A stretch of 64,000 nt of DNA from an uncultured Pelagibacteraceae bacterium (GCA_902523535.1 CABYZQ010000004.1:39241-103240); one strand, 5' to 3'. Positions 11,124-21,188 are shown, numbered from the stretch's first letter. The notes: generated by a model not told the origin, from the sequence alone. Numbers and translations are program-made.

Positions 11124-12146
11124 ATGAATTATTCATTCTTAGATTTCGAGAAACTTGAAAAAAAATTCCTTTTATCTAGTGATATCATTTCTCAAAAATT
11201 TGAAAATATTGTTGTTATTGGCTTTGGAGGATCAACGCAAGGCTCAAAAGCTATTAATTCCTTTTTAAATGAAATACGAGTAATTTATATTGATCATTTA
11301 CATTCTGATATTATTGATAAATTAGTCGTAACTTTGAATTTAGAAAAAACAGGGTTCATTTTCATCTCTAAATCTGGCAAAACTTCTGAAACATTATCTA
11401 TTTTTGAGTACTTGATAGACAAATGCAAAAATAAAATAAATATCTCAAATCACTTTTTTTCTTTAACCGAAGATAAACAATCTCAACTTCACGACTTTGC
11501 GTTACAGCACTCAATGAAATCTATTGAGCATGATCCAGATATAGGAGGAAGATTTTCTATATTCAGCAATACATCTCTTATTCCTGGGTTTTATTTTAAT
11601 TCGGATTTGTGCAAAAATTTTCTTGAGGGCGGCAGAGAAGCTATGGAAGAAAAAGGTTTAGCTGAAGATTTGGCCGATCAGTTAAGTCAGTCTATAAAAA
11701 ATAATAAAAATATCGCAGCATATCTTATTTATGGGCATGAATTACTTGAAGTAGGTAATTGGAAAAAACAACTTTTTGCTGAGTCGCTAGGTAAAAATGG
11801 AAAAGGATTTATGCCAGTTGTTTCTGAGATGACAAAAGACCAGCATAGTATTCTTCAATTATTTCTGGACGGGCCAAGGAATGTATTCTTTGAAATCATG
11901 AGTATGGAGAGTGATAAAGTGAATTTAATAAATATGACACTTTCTAACCATATGAGTGCAATGAACGAGACACTTATAAAGCAAGGTCTTAAACCAAGAA
12001 TTTCAATATTTAAGGAGAATGATGTTAAGAAGCTGGGTTTTTATTTTTGTATCGAAATATTAACTGTTATTTTCTTGGCAAAGCTTCTTAATGTAGATCC
12101 TTTTGTTCAGGAAGCTGTCGAACTTCAAAAAAATAATTTAAGTTAG
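11124..12146 (+). CDS. pgi: Phosphoglucose isomerase (PGI/SIS) family protein, unusually short
   Basis: Contains the PGI motifs SKSGKTSET and DIGGRFSIFSNTSLIPG, but is only 340 aa. Confidence 0.55.
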   Translation: MNYSFLDFEKLEKKFLLSSDIISQKFENIVVIGFGGSTQGSKAINSFLNEIRVIYIDHLHSDIIDKLVVTLNLEKTGFIFISKSGKTSETLSIFEYLIDKCKNKINISNHFFSLTEDKQSQLHDFALQHSMKSIEHDPDIGGRFSIFSNTSLIPGFYFNSDLCKNFLEGGREAMEEKGLAEDLADQLSQSIKNNKNIAAYLIYGHELLEVGNWKKQLFAESLGKNGKGFMPVVSEMTKDQHSILQLFLDGPRNVFFEIMSMESDKVNLINMTLSNHMSAMNETLIKQGLKPRISIFKENDVKKLGFYFCIEILTVIFLAKLLNVDPFVQEAVELQKNNLS

Positions 12147-12707
12147 TCTATAGAAAGAAAATTTTGATATACCCAACTCTTTAACTCTTTCTATTTTTAG
12201 CTCTGGGATTAATATATCTTTTGATTTTCTTTCCTCTTCAATAACCAGTATAGAGTCTTTGTTTATAAGATTTTTCTTTAGGATATTTTTTATAGATCTG
12301 GCAACTAAGTTTTTATTATAGGGGGGATCTATATACACCAAGTTAAATTTTGGCTTATCAGAAATAGTTTCAAATGAGCATGCATTTTCGTTTAGAACAG
12401 ATATTTGATCAGTCAAGCCTAGTTTATTTGCACTCTTATAAATTAGATTAATTATTTGATCATTGTTTTCAACCATTGTTGCACTGTTGGCGCCTCTTGA
12501 TAAAGCTTCAAAACTAAATGAACCTGTTCCTGCAAATAAATCTAGAACATTTGATTTTTCAATTTGAAATCCAGTATTAATTATTTCTTTACCATGCGTA
12601 AGAATATTAAATATTGTTTCTCTATTTTTATCAGATAATGGTCGAACATCTTTATCTTTATGACTAAAAATAGAATGCCCTTTTTTTGACCCACTAATTA
12701 TTCTCAT
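12138..12707 (-). CDS. rsmD: 16S rRNA (guanine966-N2)-methyltransferase
   Basis: 189 aa with the SAM motif DLFAGTGSFSFEALSRGA and the DPPY motif (YIDPPYNKN). Confidence 0.85.
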   Translation of the reverse strand: MRIISGSKKGHSIFSHKDKDVRPLSDKNRETIFNILTHGKEIINTGFQIEKSNVLDLFAGTGSFSFEALSRGANSATMVENNDQIINLIYKSANKLGLTDQISVLNENACSFETISDKPKFNLVYIDPPYNKNLVARSIKNILKKNLINKDSILVIEEERKSKDILIPELKIERVKELGISKFSFYRLT

Positions 12708-13395
12708 ATATTTTGACTTTTTTTAATTTACTTCTCTCTAACGATCCTAATTTATAAGCTCCATAAGATATTCGGATGAGCCGAGTAACAGTTATATTTA
12801 ATGACTCGAAGATATTTCTTATTTCTCTATTCTTACCCTCGAGCAATGACATTTTAATCCAAGAGTAAGTCTTAGTCTTGCTAATGAGGCTTACTTTTAT
12901 AGGCTTATACTTAATATGCTTTATTCTAAGTCCTTTTGATAATCTATCTATGAAATTTTTATCAATAAATCCTTGTACTCTTACCTTGTACACTCTTTCA
13001 AAATTATTTTTGGGTAATTCCATTTTTCTTTTAAATTCTCCGTTATCTGTAAATAGTAATAAACCCTCAGTGTTATAATCTAATCTTCCAATTGATAATA
13101 AATTTTTTTGTTTAGGTCCTAAAAAATCATAAACCGTTTTTCTATTTTTATCATCAGATTTGGTAACTAAGCATCCTCTAGGTTTATGAAAAATATAAAG
13201 TGAATTTAGTTCAGTAATTTTCTTAATTTTAATTATAGTTTCATCAATGCTAATTTTATTACTTGGAGAAACTTTTATTCCTTGTGTAGTCAGTAATTTC
13301 CCATCCACTTTAATACGACCTTCCATAATGAATTTATCAATCTCTCTTCGAGAAAAATTAGTTGATCTTGCGAGAACTTTATTTATTCTTTCCAT
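12694..13395 (-). CDS. rRNA pseudouridine synthase, RsuA/RluB family
   Basis: It has an N-terminal S4 domain, the catalytic GRLD motif (SIGRLDYNTEGLLLFTDNGE), and KVY...V core motifs. Confidence 0.85.
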   Translation of the reverse strand: MERINKVLARSTNFSRREIDKFIMEGRIKVDGKLLTTQGIKVSPSNKISIDETIIKIKKITELNSLYIFHKPRGCLVTKSDDKNRKTVYDFLGPKQKNLLSIGRLDYNTEGLLLFTDNGEFKRKMELPKNNFERVYKVRVQGFIDKNFIDRLSKGLRIKHIKYKPIKVSLISKTKTYSWIKMSLLEGKNREIRNIFESLNITVTRLIRISYGAYKLGSLERSKLKKVKIYENN

Positions 13396-13444
13396 TATTA
13401 TTGTTTAGTTTTTTGAGCAATATTTAAGTTACAATTAAATATTT

Positions 13445-13897
13445 ATGACACAAAATACATTTATGGAACAGGCAATAATAAATGCTTACAAAGGACTAGA
13501 TTTGGGAGAGGTACCAGTCGGTTGTGTGATTGTGAATCAAGATAATAAGATAATCTCCCAATCATATAATAAAGTTATAGCGGATAACGATCCCACTGCT
13601 CATGCTGAGATTAACGCTATAAGGCTAGCATGTGCTTCCTTAAAATCTGAGCGTTTAATCGATTGTAGTGTTTATGTTACTTTAGAGCCTTGTATAATGT
13701 GTGCCGCCGCAATATCGAAATCTAAGTTAAAAAGACTATATTATGGAGCAGATGATATGAATTTTGGTTCTATCAACGGTGGATTTAATTTTTTTCAAAC
13801 AAAAAATTGCAATCATGTGCCAGAGATTTATGATAGTATTTCAAAAATTCAATGTGAGAATTTAATAAACGATTTTTTTAAAGGTAAAAGACCATGA
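13445..13897 (+). CDS. tadA: tRNA-specific adenosine deaminase
   Basis: 150 aa with the CDA zinc motifs HAEINAI and PCIMCAAAI. Confidence 0.9.
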   Translation: MTQNTFMEQAIINAYKGLDLGEVPVGCVIVNQDNKIISQSYNKVIADNDPTAHAEINAIRLACASLKSERLIDCSVYVTLEPCIMCAAAISKSKLKRLYYGADDMNFGSINGGFNFFQTKNCNHVPEIYDSISKIQCENLINDFFKGKRP

Positions 13898-15099
13898 CAA
13901 TTTCAGCTAAGGCACAGCAAACAACAGATCGACTAAACACATTTATGGAAAAAAACGTGTATCCAAATAATGATACATATCATAAGCAAATTGAAGACTT
14001 CGGAAATGATCGCTGGCAGGTTGTCCCTATAGTTGAAGATTTAAAAAAAGAAGCAAAAAAAGAGGACCTCTGGAACTTGTTTTTACCAGACAGCGATTTA
14101 GGACATGGACTTTCAAATGCTGAATATGCTCCCATGTGTGAAATAATGGGAAGAGCTATGTGGTCTGCAGAAGTATTTAACTGCTCTGCGCCTGATACAG
14201 GTAATATGGAGGTTCTAGTCAGATACGGAACTGATGAACAGAAAGATAAATATCTTAAACCACTTCTTAATGGCGAAATTCGATCTGCATTTGCAATGAC
14301 AGAACCAGCCGTTGCATCTTCAGATGCAACCAATATTGAAAGTGAGATAAAAAAAGAGGGTAATCAATATGTCTTAAATGGAACAAAATGGTGGACGTCG
14401 GGAGCAATGGATCCAAGATGCCAGTTTTACATTTTTATGGGCAAAACTGATCCTGAGAATGAGAATATTCATAAACAACAGTCCATGATTTTAGTGGATA
14501 AGGATACACCAGGTATTAAAATAAAAAGACACTTACCAGTTTTTGGATTTGACGATGCTCCACACGGGCATGCGGAGGTAGAGTTCAAGGACGTAAAGGT
14601 GCCACCTGAAAATATGTTGTTAGGAGAGGGTAGAGGATTTGAAATCGCTCAAGGCAGACTTGGTCCGGGACGAATTCATCATTGCATGAGAACAATCGGA
14701 CTTGCGGAAGTTGCGCTGGAGGCCATGTGCAAACGATTGATGAGCCGTAAAGCTTTTGGAAAAGAGGTAGTTAGGCATTCTGTGTGGCAAGAAAGAATTG
14801 CAGATGCTCGAATTAATATTGAGATGACAAGACTTTTGACGCTTAAAGCAGCATCAATGATGGATGAGGTAGGTAATAAAGTTGCTAAAAATGAGATAGC
14901 TATGATTAAGGTTGCAGCACCCAATATGGCGCTTAAGATAATAGATGATGCAATCCAAGCCTTTGGAGGCGCAGGAGTCACTACAGATCCAAGATTAGCC
15001 CAAGCTTATGCCGGCATGAGAACGCTACGTTTAGCAGATGGGCCAGATGAAGTTCATAGACTCTCAATCGCTAGAAATGAATTAAAAAAATATCTCTAA
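13894..15099 (+). CDS. Acyl-CoA dehydrogenase family protein, ACAD10/11 (FadE2)-like
   Basis: 401 aa. It has an ACAD fold ([19 protein letters not shown]) and a C-terminal LADGPDEVH in place of the IYEGTxEIQ motif. It overlaps tadA through ATGA. Confidence 0.85.
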   Translation: MTISAKAQQTTDRLNTFMEKNVYPNNDTYHKQIEDFGNDRWQVVPIVEDLKKEAKKEDLWNLFLPDSDLGHGLSNAEYAPMCEIMGRAMWSAEVFNCSAPDTGNMEVLVRYGTDEQKDKYLKPLLNGEIRSAFAMTEPAVASSDATNIESEIKKEGNQYVLNGTKWWTSGAMDPRCQFYIFMGKTDPENENIHKQQSMILVDKDTPGIKIKRHLPVFGFDDAPHGHAEVEFKDVKVPPENMLLGEGRGFEIAQGRLGPGRIHHCMRTIGLAEVALEAMCKRLMSRKAFGKEVVRHSVWQERIADARINIEMTRLLTLKAASMMDEVGNKVAKNEIAMIKVAAPNMALKIIDDAIQAFGGAGVTTDPRLAQAYAGMRTLRLADGPDEVHRLSIARNELKKYL

Positions 15100-15258
15100 C
15101 ATTGATAAAAAAAAAGAAGACATTCCAAAAAGACAAGTATGGACGTTACATAAAGTCTAAAGAGTTTGATGTATACTGGGATGAATACCATGAGCTTGAG
15201 GATATCTCGATGAAAGAGTCAGTTAGACAAAAAATTGAAAGAACAAAAAAAATCGAAA

Positions 15259-16503
15259 CTAAAGAATAGTATCTAAAAAATCTATTAGTCTATTTACTTC
15301 CTCAATATTATTATAATGAACCATTGAAACTCTAACCACACCATCATTTGGTTCAATTCCTAATCCCTTCAAACACCTCCATGCATAAAACTCACCATTG
15401 CGAATTCCAATTTGGTTTTTACCTGCAGCTTTTGCAATTTCTAGTGAACTTTTGTCTTTCACAGTAAATGAGACAGTAGGCATTCGTTCACTTCTAGAGT
15501 GAGAAGTTTTGCCAATTAATCGTACATTTTTTTTGAGCTTTAAAAATTCAATAAGTGTTTTGATTAGTGTTTCTTCGTGGTTATAAATTAGCTCAAAAAC
15601 CTTTTTTCCTTTTTCATGAAGGTTCAATCCTTGTTCTGTAAAATGATGACTGTAAAGTGTTTCATAGTAGTCAGTGACTCCAGATAAGCATGCCAATTCC
15701 TCATGGTTTGGGCCGCCTGGGTTCATTGTGTACGGTATCTCTGATGCTAGAAATTCGTGATTCAAGTTTTTAGTTTGATCAAGAAGTTCTTTTTTTCCAT
15801 ATAAAAGGGCTAAATGTGGACCATAAGTTTTGTATAGACTGAACCCATAGAAATCTATGTCTAATTCTTTTAGATCAATAATATCATGTGCCATGTACGC
15901 TACTCCATCACCAACTACTTTTATGTCATGACTATGAGCTATTGAGATTATTTCTTTTAAGTTATTTATTGAAGCCACAACATTTGATGTATGACAGACA
16001 CAAATAAATTTAGTTCTTTTTGTTATTAAATTTTTTAAATCTTCAACTTCAAGTTCAGCACTTTTTGGATTAAACTTCCATTCCTTAATATTAATTCCTT
16101 TTTCCGCAAGTTTCCTCCACGACCCAATATTTGCCTCATGGTCTTGATTGGTTACAATTATTTCATCATCAGTTTTAAGCCAATCCTTAATTGCATTAGA
16201 CAGCAAAAACATATTCATGGTCGTTGATGGACCTATAATAAATTCATTTTTTGAAATATTTAATAGTTCTGCAATTTTCTCTAAGCTGTTATCCATTTCA
16301 TTTCCTGCTTCTATTGATGGACCAAAGTCACCATAAGGTTGAACTTTCTTAGTAATCATAAAATCATTAAGTTTTTCAATTACATGCTTAGGAACATATG
16401 TACCCCCTGCATTTTCAAAGAATGCAAAATCAGCAGTTTTGGGATTTTGAAAAACAGGAAATTGTTTTCTCACAAATTCTATATCTAATATATTTCTACT
16501 CAA
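15259..16503 (-). CDS. Class V aminotransferase-fold PLP enzyme (cysteine desulfurase-like family)
   Basis: 414 aa. The segment FSLYKTYGPH holds the putative PLP lysine, and HTSNV and QDHEAN motifs of the class V fold are present. Confidence 0.75.
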   Translation of the reverse strand: MSRNILDIEFVRKQFPVFQNPKTADFAFFENAGGTYVPKHVIEKLNDFMITKKVQPYGDFGPSIEAGNEMDNSLEKIAELLNISKNEFIIGPSTTMNMFLLSNAIKDWLKTDDEIIVTNQDHEANIGSWRKLAEKGINIKEWKFNPKSAELEVEDLKNLITKRTKFICVCHTSNVVASINNLKEIISIAHSHDIKVVGDGVAYMAHDIIDLKELDIDFYGFSLYKTYGPHLALLYGKKELLDQTKNLNHEFLASEIPYTMNPGGPNHEELACLSGVTDYYETLYSHHFTEQGLNLHEKGKKVFELIYNHEETLIKTLIEFLKLKKNVRLIGKTSHSRSERMPTVSFTVKDKSSLEIAKAAGKNQIGIRNGEFYAWRCLKGLGIEPNDGVVRVSMVHYNNIEEVNRLIDFLDTIL

Positions 16504-16504
16504 A

Positions 16505-17569
16505 TTATTTAATTCCTTCTACAATACTCCAACCGAGCTTACCTAATATTGGAACAAAAGCTTCATAATTTTTAGCCTCTGAGCTTGAAGCAGTTCCATC
16601 TCTTACACGACCCACTATGCCTTGAGCTATTCCTGCAAGTCTAAATATATTATATGCCATATAGAAATCCCAATTATCTATTTTTTCTCTTCCTGTTTTT
16701 TTGTAATAAAGTTCAGCATACTCATTTTCTGAGGGAATATTGAGTGATTTAAGATCCGATCCCATCATTCCTAATCCCTTTGCGCCTGCTGGCAATCTCC
16801 ATGACATCATATGATAAGTAAAATCTGCTATCGGATTTCCTAAAGTAGATAATTCCCAGTCTAATATTGCTTTTACTTCATGAGTTATAGGGTCGAATAT
16901 CATATTGTCCAACCTGAAATCCCCATGAACGATCGTGGTCTCTTGATCGGAAGGTATATTTTTAGGTAACCATTCTATCAATTCATTAATCTCAGGTATC
17001 ATTTGTGTTTCAGAATCTTTGTACTGTTTTGTCCATCTATGAATTTGTCTGTCCATATAATTTTCATGTTTACCGTAATCAGCTAGATTAACTTTATCAA
17101 AATCAACGTTATGTAACTTCGCAATAGTATCATTCATGGATAAGTAAATTTCCCTTCTTTGATTTGGATCGCATCCTGGAAGAAGAAGTTCCCAATAAAT
17201 GTTACCTATGACATGATCCATAATAAAAAAAGATGTACCAATTACTGTTTCATCATCGCAATAACCAAATGTTTCGGGAACAGGAACATCAGTATCATGA
17301 AGAGCTGTTATTACCCTGCATTCTCTATCAACTGCATGAGCGGATTTAAGAAGTTTACCTGGAGGCTTTCTTCTAAGTACAAAATTATTAATATTTGTTT
17401 CAACCAGATAAGTTGGATTTGACTGTCCACCTTTAAATTGTGTTATGTCGCTTATCAGAATATTGTTACCCATAAGTTTTTTTAGATAATCATTTAAAGA
17501 TTCTTTATTAATTTTAAGTTTATCATCAACTTTCTTTGTGCCTGAAAATATTTCATTTCTATCAGTCAT
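16505..17569 (-). CDS. Phosphotransferase (APH/choline-kinase-like) family protein, ACAD10/11 N-terminal-domain type
   Basis: 354 aa with FKGGQSNPTYLV, the Brenner motif HGDFRLDNMIF, and ILDWELSTLGNP. Its start overlaps the purD stop through ATGA. Confidence 0.85.
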   Translation of the reverse strand: MTDRNEIFSGTKKVDDKLKINKESLNDYLKKLMGNNILISDITQFKGGQSNPTYLVETNINNFVLRRKPPGKLLKSAHAVDRECRVITALHDTDVPVPETFGYCDDETVIGTSFFIMDHVIGNIYWELLLPGCDPNQRREIYLSMNDTIAKLHNVDFDKVNLADYGKHENYMDRQIHRWTKQYKDSETQMIPEINELIEWLPKNIPSDQETTIVHGDFRLDNMIFDPITHEVKAILDWELSTLGNPIADFTYHMMSWRLPAGAKGLGMMGSDLKSLNIPSENEYAELYYKKTGREKIDNWDFYMAYNIFRLAGIAQGIVGRVRDGTASSSEAKNYEAFVPILGKLGWSIVEGIK

Positions 17570-18828
17570 GTTAAAGCTTTCTTTCCAATATCTTTTCTAT
17601 AGTACCCCTCAGGCCAGTCTATCGAGTGAATTGAATCATAGATTTTCTTCAAAGCCTCACTAAGTGATGCATTTTTTGACGTTACAGCGAGGACTCTTCC
17701 ACCTGTAGCAATTATTTTTTTATCTTTAATAGCTGTTGCAGCGTGAAATACCTGAAAAGTGTCAGTATTTTCTAACTTATCTATTCCGTTAATTACAGTT
17801 TCTTTCTCAAATGATCCTGGGTATCCATTCGATGCCATTACAACTGTTGCACAATGATCATCTTCCCATTTTAATTCAAAGTCATGTAAATCTTTATCGA
17901 TACAGCTCAGCATAAGTTGAACTATATCACTTTTCATTCTTAGCATTAAAACTTGGCATTCAGGATCTCCAAATCTAATATTATATTCAACAAGTTTTGC
18001 CTTCCCATTTTTAATCATTAGCCCTGCATACAAAATACCTTGATATGGATGACCTAACTCTCTCATGGCATTTAGTGTGGGATATATAATTTCATCATCG
18101 ACTTGTTTTTTAATCTCATCTGTAAAGATAGGAGCAGGTGAGTAGGCTCCCATCCCACCTGTGTTAGGACCAGTATCATTTTCTCCTATGCGTTTATGGT
18201 CTTGAGCACTTTCAAGAGAAATAAACTCAGTACCATCAGTGCATACAAAGTAACTCGCTTCTTCACCTTCCATAAATTCTTCAATGACTGCGGACATATT
18301 TATTCCAAATTTATTTTCAAAAATTTCCTTCAGAGCTTTTTCAGCCATTTCAAAACTGTCTGCGACTGTCACTCCTTTTCCGGCAGCTAATCCATTTGCT
18401 TTTACTACAATTGGCAAACTTTGTTTTTTTAAGTATTTGACTGCGTCTTCGTAGTTATCAAAAGTAGAATAGGCAGCTGTTGGAATAGAATAATTTTTGC
18501 AAAGATCTTTCATAAAGCTCTTTGATCCTTCAAGTTGGGATGCGTATTTATTTGGACCAAATATTTTAATATTTTTTGATACAAAATAATCCACTATTCC
18601 CGCAACTAATGGAACCTCAGGTCCAACTACAATTAAATCAATAAATTTTTCGACACAATATGAATGAATAGAGTTAAAATCATCAAGATCTAAATCTTTA
18701 CATTCTGCTAGTAGACTTATTCCATAATTCCCAGGAGCACAAAATAGTGATGTAGCCAAAGGACTTCTTGATATTGCATAGCATAGAGAATGCTCCCTAG
18801 CTCCATTTCCAAGTACAAGAATTTTCAT
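17566..18828 (-). CDS. purD: Phosphoribosylamine-glycine ligase
   Basis: 420 aa with the N-terminus MKILVLGNGAREH and ATP-grasp core motifs (GPNTGGMGAYSP). Confidence 0.95.
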   Translation of the reverse strand: MKILVLGNGAREHSLCYAISRSPLATSLFCAPGNYGISLLAECKDLDLDDFNSIHSYCVEKFIDLIVVGPEVPLVAGIVDYFVSKNIKIFGPNKYASQLEGSKSFMKDLCKNYSIPTAAYSTFDNYEDAVKYLKKQSLPIVVKANGLAAGKGVTVADSFEMAEKALKEIFENKFGINMSAVIEEFMEGEEASYFVCTDGTEFISLESAQDHKRIGENDTGPNTGGMGAYSPAPIFTDEIKKQVDDEIIYPTLNAMRELGHPYQGILYAGLMIKNGKAKLVEYNIRFGDPECQVLMLRMKSDIVQLMLSCIDKDLHDFELKWEDDHCATVVMASNGYPGSFEKETVINGIDKLENTDTFQVFHAATAIKDKKIIATGGRVLAVTSKNASLSEALKKIYDSIHSIDWPEGYYRKDIGKKALT

Positions 18829-18879
18829 AAAGTAAAATTTAAATTAATTGATATATTAGCATATAAGGAATTAAATTAA

Positions 18880-20181
18880 ATGGTTAGAGAAAATATCCAA
18901 GAGTACTCAGTTTCAGAAATTTCAGACTCTATAAAGGGAACTCTTGAAAACAGTTTTGGCTACGTAAAAGTTAGAGGGGAAGTCTCGGGTTTAAGTAAGC
19001 CAGCGTCAGGCCACATATATTTAAATTTAAAAGATGATAAGGCAGTTATAAAAGCAATAATCTGGCGAAGTGCAGCAGCAAGAATTAGTTTTGTACCCGA
19101 AGATGGATTAGAAGTTATTTGTTCAGGTAAGCTCACAACGGGATATTCTGATCGATACCCGGGGAGATCAGATTATTCAATTATAGTTGATTCAATAACT
19201 CCTGCAGGAGAGGGAGCTTTAATGGCTCTTTTAGAGCAACGTAAGAAAAAGCTTGTGGCTGAGGGTTTATTTGATGAGCAAAATAAGAAAAGTCTACCAA
19301 AGTATCCTGAAACGATTGGTATAGTCACATCTCCAACAGGTGCAGTTATAAAAGATATACTTCATAGATTAAATGAGAGGTTTCCATGCAATGTCATTCT
19401 ATGGCCTGTTCCAGTTCAGGGCCAAGATGCGGCTCAGTTAATTTCTGATGCAGTAGATGGATTTAATAATTTATCGAGTAAAGACGAAGTAAATATACCA
19501 AACCTTATTATCATAGCACGTGGTGGGGGCAGTATAGAAGACCTTTGGCCTTTCAATGAAGAAATTGTAATCAGGTCTGTCTTCAAAAGTAATATTCCTA
19601 TTGTATCTGCAATTGGTCATGAAACAGATACCACACTAATTGATTTTGTTTCTGACTTAAGAGCACCAACGCCTACAGCTGCAGCAGAAATTTCTACCCC
19701 AGATAAAGAAGAACTTTTGAGGGATATCAGTGAAAAAAATAATCGTCTAAATTATTCAATAAATTTATACCTTGATAATCTTAAAGACAATTTCATTTCA
19801 ATAAAAGATAAATTGCCTGTTTCACTAAAACTTTTTCTAAATAATCTTACTTCTCATTTTCAAAATATTTCTCAATCACTTAATTTTCGTGTTATCGGTG
19901 AGCAATTAAAGAGCAGTAAAGTAAAACTCATTTCTTTAGAGGAGTCTCTATTGAAAGCAAAAAATATTTTGGTAGAGAGGCTTCAAAAAGAATTAGATAA
20001 TAAAAGTACACTCCTTGAAAGCTTGAGTTATAAATCTGTTTTAAAAAGAGGGTACTCAGTTACAAGGAGTTCAAATAAAATAATCAAATCAAAAAAAGAT
20101 TTAAAAGATGAAAGTGAGTTGATCATAGAAACTAATTTTGCTACTTTAAAAGCCAAACTTAGAGAAATTAATGACAAATAG
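18880..20181 (+). CDS. xseA: Exodeoxyribonuclease VII large subunit
   Basis: 433 aa with an OB-fold N-terminus (VKVRGEVSG...SGHIYLNLKD) and ARGGGSIEDLWPFNEE. Confidence 0.9.
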   Translation: MVRENIQEYSVSEISDSIKGTLENSFGYVKVRGEVSGLSKPASGHIYLNLKDDKAVIKAIIWRSAAARISFVPEDGLEVICSGKLTTGYSDRYPGRSDYSIIVDSITPAGEGALMALLEQRKKKLVAEGLFDEQNKKSLPKYPETIGIVTSPTGAVIKDILHRLNERFPCNVILWPVPVQGQDAAQLISDAVDGFNNLSSKDEVNIPNLIIIARGGGSIEDLWPFNEEIVIRSVFKSNIPIVSAIGHETDTTLIDFVSDLRAPTPTAAAEISTPDKEELLRDISEKNNRLNYSINLYLDNLKDNFISIKDKLPVSLKLFLNNLTSHFQNISQSLNFRVIGEQLKSSKVKLISLEESLLKAKNILVERLQKELDNKSTLLESLSYKSVLKRGYSVTRSSNKIIKSKKDLKDESELIIETNFATLKAKLREINDK

Positions 20182-20383
20182 TTTTACTACGAAGGCAGAA
20201 ATAAGATTGCATCATGGCCAGTTTCAAATAATAAAGTCTGGGGATTATGTAGAATGCTCAATCACAAAAGAGAAGATCTCACTTGATAATTTGAAGTATT
20301 GGAACGTTGATTTACAGGAAATTTATGCAAATCCAAAAGTTGCACTAAGGAGATACAAAGAGATAAATGAAAATAAAGATTAA
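20171..20383 (+). CDS. Small conserved protein, DUF2093-like
   Basis: 70 aa. The pattern SGDYVECSITKEKISLDNLKYWNVDLQEIYA resembles the alphaproteobacterial DUF2093 family as I recall it. The ORF overlaps xseA by 11 nt. Confidence 0.5.
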   Translation: MTNSFTTKAEIRLHHGQFQIIKSGDYVECSITKEKISLDNLKYWNVDLQEIYANPKVALRRYKEINENKD

Positions 20384-21167
20384 ATTAATAGCAATCTTTT
20401 TTTTTATTTTTCAACCAGCCATAGCAGCTGATTTACCCAAAGAAATACGTCAAGGAAGCCTGGTTATCGGCCAGTCATTAGATGCAGATGAAATTATAGT
20501 AGATAATAATTTTATAAAAGTTAGCGAAAAAGGTCACTTTGTATTTGCAGTCGGCAGGGACCATGTGGAACCTATAAGTGTGACATATTTAAAAAATGGA
20601 TCATTAATTAAAATTCATCAAATAAATATAATAAAACAAGACTACGACATACAAAGGATTGACGGTTTACCAGAACAAATGGTTACACCACTTGATGATG
20701 AAATAATCGAAAGAATAATTTATGAAAATGATTTGATAAAAGAAAAGAAAAAAATCAACTTAAACCTTACTTATTTTAAAGATAGTTTTATTCAACCAAC
20801 AGAAGGAATTATCAGTGGTGTTTTTGGTAGTCAAAGAATATTAAATGGAAAAGCTAAAAGCCCACATCGTGGTTTAGATATTGCGGCTGAAACTGGAACC
20901 CCAATTTATGCCTGCAATGAAGGACTTGTTATACATGCCGAAGATGATCTTTATTATACAGGTGGAACCATAATTCTTGATCATGGGCATGGGGTAAAAT
21001 CAATTTATGCTCATTTATCTAATGTAAAAGTAACAGTAAATCAAACAGTATCAAAGGATGATATTATTGGTGAAGTAGGTTCTACAGGAAGATCAACCGG
21101 CCCTCATCTTCACTGGGGAGTAATGGTGTTTAATACCTATGTAGACCCACAATTGCTTTTAGATTAA
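20367..21167 (+). CDS. M23 family metallopeptidase (secreted)
   Basis: It has a signal peptide and the M23 zinc motifs HRGLDIAA and GSTGRSTGPHLHW. Confidence 0.85.
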   Translation: MKIKIKLIAIFFFIFQPAIAADLPKEIRQGSLVIGQSLDADEIIVDNNFIKVSEKGHFVFAVGRDHVEPISVTYLKNGSLIKIHQINIIKQDYDIQRIDGLPEQMVTPLDDEIIERIIYENDLIKEKKKINLNLTYFKDSFIQPTEGIISGVFGSQRILNGKAKSPHRGLDIAAETGTPIYACNEGLVIHAEDDLYYTGGTIILDHGHGVKSIYAHLSNVKVTVNQTVSKDDIIGEVGSTGRSTGPHLHWGVMVFNTYVDPQLLLD

Positions 21168-21188
21168 TTTTTTAAAAAAAAATTAGAT

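Noticed and set aside
21165-21186. A pure A/T palindrome (taattttttt/aaaaaaatta) lies between the convergent M23 peptidase and lpxL-like genes.
   Set aside because: An AT-only stem is too unstable to call a terminator. It may simply reflect adjacent stop-codon contexts in an AT-rich genome.
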